Assembly: GCA_028412835.1 (NCBI GenBank)
Contig: JAONQW010000003.1
Span: 21,028 to 85,027 of the forward strand
DNA: 64,000 nucleotides
Source: Candidatus Pelagibacterales bacterium
GTDB taxonomy: Bacteria; Pseudomonadota; Alphaproteobacteria; Pelagibacterales; AG-422-B15
Direction: 5' to 3'
Shown in pieces: positions 31,016-41,519 of the stretch. The position numbers and the translations under genes were made by a program. Each line of letters begins with the position of its first letter. The stretch's first letter is position 1. The notes beneath the pieces were generated by a model that searched no databases, had not been told where the DNA came from, and saw only the letters and a program-made list of their open reading frames with translations.

Positions 31016-32122
31016 ATGCAGCCCAGTATTTATATTTCAAATATAATTCTTAGCAACTTTCGATCCCATGAAAAATTTACTATTAATTCTAATAGTAAAA
31101 ATATTGTTTTATTTGGAAAAAATGGAGTGGGTAAAACCAATATTCTTGAATCGATATCTTTACTATCGCCTGGCAGAGGACTTCGTAATGCAAAAAACGA
31201 AGAAATAATTAATAAAAATATAAATACTGACTATGGTTTATCTGCCAATTTACAATTTGATAATAATTCAATTAAGATTAAAAAAACATATTTTCGAGAT
31301 GAGACTAAAAAATCTAATTTATTTATTGATGATGAAAAATCTAAAACTGCAGACCTTTTAAATTTTTTACGAGTCATTTGGGTTACTCCTGTAATGGAAA
31401 AGATAATGCTTCAATCTAATTCCGAGAGAAGAAATTTCTTTGATAGATTAATATTTAATATCGAAAAGAAACATCTTAAAGCTTTTACAGCTTATAATAA
31501 ATTTACAAAAGAAAGACTGCATATTTTAAAATCTAATGCCTCTGACAGCGCTTGGTTAGAACAAATTGAAAAAAAAATTGCAGTATGTGCTTATGAAATA
31601 ATTGAATATCGACAGGCGGCAATTAGTAAAATTAATACTAATTTATCTCTTATTTCATTACCATTTAACTCATGTATAATCGAGTTAAATTATGAAGATA
31701 CTCTCAAAATTACAAGTGATATTGGTGAATTTACCTTCGATTATGAAAATACTTTATTTAAAAATAGAAGAATTGATAAAGAAACAAATAGAACTCTTGT
31801 TGGACCTAATAAGGTCGAAGTCAAAATGTGGAAACTAGATGATAGATCTATTGAGGCAAAATACTGTTCTACTGGCGAACAAAAATCAATTCTGATATCA
31901 ATTATTTTATCTGTAGCTCAAATTATCAAAAATTCTGATTTTGCTAAGCCACCAATAATATTAATAGATGAAGCAATGGCGCACTTAGATCAACACCATA
32001 GAGAGGCTTTAGTGGACGAATTGTCTAAACTCAATACTCAAAGTTGGTACACAGGAGTTTCTAAAGAAATATTTGATCATTTAAGTCAAGATACTATTTT
32101 TTTTGAAGTAAAAAATTCTTAA
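31016..32122 (+). CDS. recF: DNA replication/repair protein RecF
   Basis: Walker A 'GKNGVGKTNILE', signature 'STGEQKS' and 'ILIDEAMAHLD'. Confidence 0.9.
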   Translation: MQPSIYISNIILSNFRSHEKFTINSNSKNIVLFGKNGVGKTNILESISLLSPGRGLRNAKNEEIINKNINTDYGLSANLQFDNNSIKIKKTYFRDETKKSNLFIDDEKSKTADLLNFLRVIWVTPVMEKIMLQSNSERRNFFDRLIFNIEKKHLKAFTAYNKFTKERLHILKSNASDSAWLEQIEKKIAVCAYEIIEYRQAAISKINTNLSLISLPFNSCIIELNYEDTLKITSDIGEFTFDYENTLFKNRRIDKETNRTLVGPNKVEVKMWKLDDRSIEAKYCSTGEQKSILISIILSVAQIIKNSDFAKPPIILIDEAMAHLDQHHREALVDELSKLNTQSWYTGVSKEIFDHLSQDTIFFEVKNS

Positions 32123-32126
32123 ATAA

Positions 32127-35281
<3,155 letters not shown>

Positions 35282-35292
35282 AAATTATTCAA

Positions 35293-36588
35293 TTGTTAAA
35301 TATATTAAATTTATCAAATAATAAATTAGATGGCTTAAGGCTTAGAACATTAAATTTAATTCGATGGGTTGCTATATTAGGCCAATATTTAGCAGTAACA
35401 ACTGCATTTTTTTGGCTAGAAATAAACTTTAATTTCTACTGGGCTCTGATATGCATTTTATCCAGTGTTATCTTAAATATTGTTGTAAGTTTTAAATCTT
35501 TACCAACAAGAACATTAACAGCAAATGAAGCTGCACTTTACTTAATCTTTGATTCAATTCAACTTATAGCATTGCTTTATATAACTGGTGGATTAACAAA
35601 TCCATTTTGTATTTTAATTGTTGCTCCTTTTATTATTTCAGCAACATATTTAGATCTATATAGAATAATAATTATAGGTGTAGTTTCTATTTTATCAGTG
35701 ACATTACTAGCTTTTTATTATCAACCAATATCTAGTAATATTTTTGAATTTAATAGTTTAGATTTTTCTATATTTCAAATATTTGGCATATGGCTATCAC
35801 TAATTGTTTCCCTGACTTTTATTGGTATTTACTGTTTTAGGATTGCTGATGAGTCTAGAAAAGTTGAAGGCGCCCTTAAAGAGACTCAGTTAGCATTATC
35901 AGACGAAGAAAAAGTTTCAGATATAATGAGTTTAACTGCAGCGGCTGTTCATGAGCTGGGAACACCTCTGTCAACTATATCAGTGATTGTAAAGGAGATA
36001 GCAAATGATCTTTCTAAAGATGAAAAAAATTATGATGATATTTTATTGATCCAATCTCAAATAAAAAGATGTAGTGAAATTTTAAATCGTTTAAGGCAAG
36101 GTGATATTAGTAATGATAATAGCACTTTCATTAACCAATTAGATTTTCCAAGATTAATTAATGAAATCGTAAAAGATTATGAATTAGATACAATTGAACT
36201 CGATATTAAAATTGATAATTATTTTAAAGAATCAAACTTTATTATTTCTAGAAAACCTGAAATTATTCATAGTCTAAGTAATATTATTGAAAATGCTTAT
36301 CAATATGCCAAACAAAAAATAAATATTAACCTTATATCTAAAGATGAATTTGTTATTCTAGAAATTATTAATGATGGTGAGGGATTTCCAGGAAGTATAC
36401 TTCCAATTTTAGGAGAACCCTATGTTAAAAAAAATGAAAAAAATCATTCTGGTATTGGTTTAGGTTTATTTATAGCAAAAAATTTAATTAATAAAACTCA
36501 AGGTAGAATGGAATTTAAAAATATAGAAAATATTGGAGCTTGCGTTAGAATTATTTGGAAAAAAGATAATCTAGTGTTATCTCAATAG
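35293..36588 (+). CDS. regB: Redox-sensing histidine kinase RegB/PrrB/ActS
   Basis: Six-TM N-terminus with the quinone-site heptapeptide 'GGLTNPF', H-box 'AAVHELGTPLSTI', a Cys about 40 aa later ('IKRCSEIL'), and G-boxes. Followed by regA. TTG start. Confidence 0.8.
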   Translation: MLNILNLSNNKLDGLRLRTLNLIRWVAILGQYLAVTTAFFWLEINFNFYWALICILSSVILNIVVSFKSLPTRTLTANEAALYLIFDSIQLIALLYITGGLTNPFCILIVAPFIISATYLDLYRIIIIGVVSILSVTLLAFYYQPISSNIFEFNSLDFSIFQIFGIWLSLIVSLTFIGIYCFRIADESRKVEGALKETQLALSDEEKVSDIMSLTAAAVHELGTPLSTISVIVKEIANDLSKDEKNYDDILLIQSQIKRCSEILNRLRQGDISNDNSTFINQLDFPRLINEIVKDYELDTIELDIKIDNYFKESNFIISRKPEIIHSLSNIIENAYQYAKQKININLISKDEFVILEIINDGEGFPGSILPILGEPYVKKNEKNHSGIGLGLFIAKNLINKTQGRMEFKNIENIGACVRIIWKKDNLVLSQ

Positions 36589-36596
36589 TTATTATA

Positions 36597-37139
36597 ATGA
36601 AAAATGAAAATAAAGAATTAGATACACTGCTCTTAGTTGATGATGATGAAATATTTCGCAAGAGATTGTTATTAGCAATGGAAAGAAAAGGTTATGATGT
36701 TGTTGGATTTGCATCTGTAAAGGAATCTTTAATATATATTAAAAATAGTCCTCCCAAGTTCGCCGTAGTTGATTTAAGGTTAGATGATGGGAACGGATTG
36801 CAAGTTGTATCAGAACTTTCAAAATTAAGAGAAGATTGTAAAATTGTTATTCTTACTGGATATGGAAATATTCCCACAGCAGTAGCGGCTGTTAAAGAAG
36901 GTGCTTGTGACTATTTGGCAAAACCTGCTGATGCAGATGATATTGATGCTTCATTAAGAGCACCTTATTCAAAAAAACCCGAACCCCCTAAAGACCCAAT
37001 GTCAGCTGATCGAGTTAAATGGGAACACATATTAAGAGTTTATGAGTTATGTAATCGAAATGTGTCTGAAACAGCTAGAAGATTAAAAATGCACAGAAGA
37101 ACTCTTCAAAGAATCCTAGCTAAACGTTCACCAAAGTAG
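36597..37139 (+). CDS. regA: Response regulator RegA/PrrA/ActR
   Basis: Receiver domain ('LLVDDD', 'VVDLRLDDGNG') plus a Fis-type HTH 'NVSETARRLKMHRRTLQRIL'. Confidence 0.85.
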   Translation: MKNENKELDTLLLVDDDEIFRKRLLLAMERKGYDVVGFASVKESLIYIKNSPPKFAVVDLRLDDGNGLQVVSELSKLREDCKIVILTGYGNIPTAVAAVKEGACDYLAKPADADDIDASLRAPYSKKPEPPKDPMSADRVKWEHILRVYELCNRNVSETARRLKMHRRTLQRILAKRSPK

Positions 37140-37141
37140 TC

Positions 37142-38341
37142 TTAAGCTGATTTTTTAAGTGCATTAATTACGGACAATCTTTCTACGCCTTCATCAGCAA
37201 TATCTTGTCCAGCTACTGTATCATCTTCGGCATTTAATTCGTCCATATCTACAAATTCTGCGTAAGTAGCTTTAGTTCTGTCTGTAATGATGTGAGCTTT
37301 AAGTAATGTTTTAACTAACACTCTAAAAATATTATTATTTTTTTTCATTTCTTCTTTAATTACATCACTTTGATCAATATGTTTTTCAAATTCTTGTTGT
37401 ACCCATTTAGCATCAAGACCAACAGAAGCATAAACTTCTTTTTTTTCAAAAGGATTTATTAAATTGAAAAGTAGTTCAGTAAATATTTTTTCAGCCCAAT
37501 CCTCAACTTTAATATGTTCACTTTCAGATAGTTTTGGAACAGTTCTATCAGCCCATATCTTACCAAATTTATGATGAAACGCCTCGTCACTCATTGTATA
37601 TTTTAATAACGTTTTTAAGACGGGATCATTTGTATCTTCATGCGCCATTGCAAAAGCTCCCATAGCTAGGCCCTCAATCATCATCTGCATCCCAACTATT
37701 TTTTTATAAACTACATCTGAGGAAACAATATCATCAGCTACTCTACCTAATGTTGGACCAACTTTATAGGGACTGCCCCATCTTGACTCAATATATTTTG
37801 TAAAACCAGTAACATGTCTTGCTTCTTCACGTGTTTGATTGGCAGCATATTCTTGAGCTCCTGGATCTCTTAAAACATGACACAAACTTGCGCTTAAAGA
37901 TAAAGCAGCTTGCTCACCATGTAGAATTTGCGACAACACAAAACGAAAACTTTCATTGTTTAACTTAATTTTTTGTTTGTCAGTTAACTTTTCTGCGACA
38001 CTGGGAATATCTAATTCGAGTCCGAAAGGTCCTTTTGGATCTACTATATGCTCATTTTCTAGATCAAAGGGCACGTCAAAATCTATGTATTTTTTATCAA
38101 GTGGATCCCAGAAGTGCTTATGTGTAGCGCTAATTATTTTATCAAATGCATTGGATCTCTCTCCATATCTTTCTTTATCCATCATTGGGATAAAGTGCTT
38201 TGGATTAGCTGCGTTATAAGCAGGGTCTTTAGTTAGAGCATTCTTACCACTTTTAGAAGTTTGCCAACTTTCTTTGATTTTGTAAAATTTGTCTTTAACA
38301 ACGATTTTAGCGAATTTTAATTTTTCTGAATTTGTAGGCAT
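37142..38341 (-). CDS. Ferritin-like di-iron carboxylate protein (AurF/R2-like oxygenase-type), function unknown
   Basis: 399 aa with four helix motifs in order: 'HGEQAAL', 'REEARHVTGF', 'MMIEGLAMGAF' and 'SDEAFHHKFG'. This is the E / ExxH / E / ExxH pattern of di-iron four-helix-bundle enzymes. The exact family is not resolved. Confidence 0.55.
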   Translation of the reverse strand: MPTNSEKLKFAKIVVKDKFYKIKESWQTSKSGKNALTKDPAYNAANPKHFIPMMDKERYGERSNAFDKIISATHKHFWDPLDKKYIDFDVPFDLENEHIVDPKGPFGLELDIPSVAEKLTDKQKIKLNNESFRFVLSQILHGEQAALSLSASLCHVLRDPGAQEYAANQTREEARHVTGFTKYIESRWGSPYKVGPTLGRVADDIVSSDVVYKKIVGMQMMIEGLAMGAFAMAHEDTNDPVLKTLLKYTMSDEAFHHKFGKIWADRTVPKLSESEHIKVEDWAEKIFTELLFNLINPFEKKEVYASVGLDAKWVQQEFEKHIDQSDVIKEEMKKNNNIFRVLVKTLLKAHIITDRTKATYAEFVDMDELNAEDDTVAGQDIADEGVERLSVINALKKSA

Positions 38342-38621
38342 GAAAAAAAATATATCTTAAAATTTTCTATTGATCAAACAAAATGTATATCAATCTGATA
38401 TATCAAATGAAAATTTATTTTTAAAATAAGCTATATATTACATATACTTAGATTGAACATTTTTCATATCAACTAATTTTTGTTGAACAAATCAAATAAA
38501 TTTATTGTATGCTTAATAATATGAAAAAACTTTCTTTAGATTTAGAGAATAACTAATGTACATAGACAATTTTTTCTCTTATCTTTCGTGGAAATTCAGC
38601 AATAGTTTATATATTTAAGTA

Positions 38622-41279
38622 ATGGTTTTAAAAATAGAAAATTTATTCTTTAAAAATAGAATGTCCATTTTATCGGGATTTGTTGTCCTGACTATTGTGA
38701 TGGGCTTTTTTGCTTCTCAATTAAGATTAGACGCTGGCTTTTATAAAACGTTACCGGGTAACCACAGTTTTATTAAAACATTTTATCAATATGAAGATGC
38801 GTTGTTTGGATCAAACAATTTAATTATTGCTGTTAGAAACACTGAAGGTGACATTTTTGAAAAAGATTTTTTATCCAAACTTCTAGAGGTATCTGAAGCA
38901 GTAAGATATTTACCTGGTGCTAATCAAGCTTCACTAACTTCATTATGGACTCCAAATGTTAGAGTCTTGCGAGTAACTGAAGAAGGCTATGAAGCAACAG
39001 CCGTAATACCAGGCAATATTATTCCTGAAGATTTAAATGATGCAGAGATACAGAAAATAAAAGAACGAATACTAACTGGTGGACACGTTGGAAAAATTGT
39101 TTCAAATGATTTTACTTCTGCCCTAATTAAGATTGAACTTACAGAATTTGATCCAAGAACAGGCGAACCTCTAGACTATCTATCTTTAGGAAAACTTCTC
39201 GATACTGAAATCAGAAATACATTCGAAGACGAAAAATATAAAATACATATTATAGGTTTTGCAAAAATGATTTCTGATATTGCTTCTCAAGCGGGCAATG
39301 TATTTGTTTTTTTCTTACTGGCATTTGGTCTAACTGTTTTAGCAGTTTACTATTATTCTAAATCTTGGACCTTAACTTTCCTTCCCTTAATTTGTTCTCT
39401 TACATCACTTATATGGCAATTTGGAATGTTAGAGATACTTGGTTTTGGTTTGGATCCTCTTGCAATTCTTGTACCATTTTTAGTTTTTGCTATTGGGGTT
39501 TCTCACGGAATTCAGCAAGTTAATCAAATCACCAAAGAAGTAATTGAAGGCCAAACAGCAATCTATGCTGCAAGAGCAAGCTTTTCCAGACTTTTAGTTC
39601 CAGGAACTATGGCTTTAGTTACTGACTTAGTAGGTTTTGGAACATTAGTATTTCTACCAATTGGAATGATTCAAGAACTAGGGATTACAGCTTCAATCGG
39701 AGTAGCAATGAAAATTGTAACCAATTTAGTAATGCTTCCACTAGCTGCTTCATATGCAAAATATAATTCTAGTTTTATTGCTAGAGCAGAGCGTGCTATT
39801 CAAGGAAGAAGAAATGCTATGCAGCTATTTGGCAAAATGGCCGAACCTAAAATAGCTGTGATAACTCTAGCTATTAGCAGTGTCTTGTTTGTTTATGCTA
39901 CTATCTTAGCTTCAGATCGACATATTGGAGATTTACATGCTGGTGCCCCAGAGTTAAGGCCAGATGCTATTTACAATAAAGATATGAAAGACATTACATC
40001 AAGGTTCAACATAACTTCTGACGTTTTAATTGTTATAATGGAAGTTCCTGAACTTGCTTGTCGAATGTATGACGTTATGTCAGTTCAAGATAATTTTCAC
40101 TGGTATATGGAGAATGTAGATGGCGTTACTGAGGTAATTTCTTTATCAGGTGTTGCCAGACAGGCAGCAAGTGGCTACGCCGAAGGAAATCCAAAGTGGA
40201 ATTATGTTCCAAGACACGATAGAGCTTTAGGTTTTGTAACAAGTATTGCTGATCCTTCAACAGGACTATTAAATGAAGATTGTACAATCCTTCCTGTTTA
40301 TATTTTTACAGAAGATCATAAAGCTACAACAATTGAGCACGTAATTACTGCTGCACAAAACTATCAATCAGAATATCAAAAATTAGATCAAGCTATTTCT
40401 TTTAAAACTGTATTTACTCCACCAACAGGTGAGAATCCATACCCTGAAGTTTTAGCCACTTATGGATCGGGAATTGAAAAAGGTGAAGAAGGTATTAATG
40501 AAATTAAGACTTTTACTAAAGAAGAATGGATCAACTTTGGATATCAAAATAACTTTAATACAAGAAGTTTGATATCGGGTAGACTTGACACATTATTTAA
40601 AGATGAGCAATTAAGTTCTTACGATACAAAAGAAATGAAAGATATTAATTCAGCTCGTGATGCAATTAATGATTATTTTAAAACCAATACATATGATGCT
40701 TTAGTTATTGCATATGATGATACTAATTTTAGATTAGCTAGTGGTACAGTTGGTATTATGCATGCAACTAATGAGGTTATTGAAACTTCAGAACTACCAA
40801 TGATGCTTTTAGTTTATGCAGTTATTATTTTCTTAGTGTTTATTACCTATCGTGACTGGAGAGCAACAGTTTGTTGCACAGTTCCTCTCACATTTGCGAC
40901 TATGTTAGGATACGCTTTTATGGACGTTATGGAAATTGGATTAAAAATATCTACCTTACCTGTTATGGTGTTAGCCGTTGGAATTGGTGTAGACTATGCT
41001 TTTTATATATATAACAGACTTCAGACTTACCTAAAAGAAGGCTTAGATATTACAGCAGCATTTCAAAACACATTTGCCAATACAGGTGCAGCAGTAATAT
41101 TTACTGCTTTAACTTTAGCAATTGGGGTTTCGACTTGGTCATTCTCTGCCTTAAAGTTTCAAGCTGATATGGGAATGTTGCTAACTTTTATGTTTATTGT
41201 AAACATGTTATGTGCCATGACTACGCTACCAGCTTTAGCTGTGGTGTTAGATAAACTATTTCCAAGAAAAAAATCTTAA
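38622..41279 (+). CDS. RND-superfamily exporter, MMPL/HpnN-like (COG1033 type)
   Basis: 885 aa. I count 12 hydrophobic segments in a 1+5 / 1+5 arrangement with two large soluble loops. 'AIGVSHGIQ' sits in the first bundle and 'GIGVDYAFYIY' in the second. Confidence 0.75.
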   Translation: MVLKIENLFFKNRMSILSGFVVLTIVMGFFASQLRLDAGFYKTLPGNHSFIKTFYQYEDALFGSNNLIIAVRNTEGDIFEKDFLSKLLEVSEAVRYLPGANQASLTSLWTPNVRVLRVTEEGYEATAVIPGNIIPEDLNDAEIQKIKERILTGGHVGKIVSNDFTSALIKIELTEFDPRTGEPLDYLSLGKLLDTEIRNTFEDEKYKIHIIGFAKMISDIASQAGNVFVFFLLAFGLTVLAVYYYSKSWTLTFLPLICSLTSLIWQFGMLEILGFGLDPLAILVPFLVFAIGVSHGIQQVNQITKEVIEGQTAIYAARASFSRLLVPGTMALVTDLVGFGTLVFLPIGMIQELGITASIGVAMKIVTNLVMLPLAASYAKYNSSFIARAERAIQGRRNAMQLFGKMAEPKIAVITLAISSVLFVYATILASDRHIGDLHAGAPELRPDAIYNKDMKDITSRFNITSDVLIVIMEVPELACRMYDVMSVQDNFHWYMENVDGVTEVISLSGVARQAASGYAEGNPKWNYVPRHDRALGFVTSIADPSTGLLNEDCTILPVYIFTEDHKATTIEHVITAAQNYQSEYQKLDQAISFKTVFTPPTGENPYPEVLATYGSGIEKGEEGINEIKTFTKEEWINFGYQNNFNTRSLISGRLDTLFKDEQLSSYDTKEMKDINSARDAINDYFKTNTYDALVIAYDDTNFRLASGTVGIMHATNEVIETSELPMMLLVYAVIIFLVFITYRDWRATVCCTVPLTFATMLGYAFMDVMEIGLKISTLPVMVLAVGIGVDYAFYIYNRLQTYLKEGLDITAAFQNTFANTGAAVIFTALTLAIGVSTWSFSALKFQADMGMLLTFMFIVNMLCAMTTLPALAVVLDKLFPRKKS

Positions 41280-41290
41280 TAACTTTATTT

Positions 41291-41315
41291 AAACTATTAC
41301 GTTATAGTTTTTTTA
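41291..41315 (+). terminator. Candidate rho-independent terminator after the RND gene
   Basis: AAACTAT-TACGTT-ATAGTTT is a 7-bp, AT-rich stem that runs into a T tract. Confidence 0.45.
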
Positions 41316-41339
41316 TTCATTTATTGTATTATCCATTAA

Positions 41340-41513
41340 ATGGATACATTTAACCAAATAGAAGAAGAAACAGAGCTCTCTAAATCTAAAAAAGTTAGTT
41401 GTTCAGGAGTTGGTGGATCACTTGGACATCCAAAAATATACTTAGATATGGGTGAAAAAAATGAAATCAGATGTCCTTACTGTAGTAAGCTTTTTATTTT
41501 AGAAACTAATTAA
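41340..41513 (+). CDS. CHCC zinc-finger protein (NDUFS6 C-terminal-like), 57 aa
   Basis: Not in the track because it is under 60 aa. Hand translation: MDTFNQIEEETELSKSKKVSCSGVGGSLGHPKIYLDMGEKNEIRCPYCSKLFILETN. The C-x8-H-x14-C-x2-C spacing and 'GHPKIYL...CPYC' match small alphaproteobacterial zf-CHCC proteins. Confidence 0.75.
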   Translation: MDTFNQIEEETELSKSKKVSCSGVGGSLGHPKIYLDMGEKNEIRCPYCSKLFILETN

Positions 41514-41519
41514 ATAACC

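Noticed and set aside
38521-38618. Two mini-ORFs upstream of the RND gene: an 11-aa ORF whose TAA overlaps the ATG of a 20-aa ORF, suggesting a leader-peptide chain.
   Set aside because: On recounting, the second ORF stops 3 nt before the RND ATG rather than overlapping it. Such short frames are expected by chance, and neither has a Shine-Dalgarno sequence.
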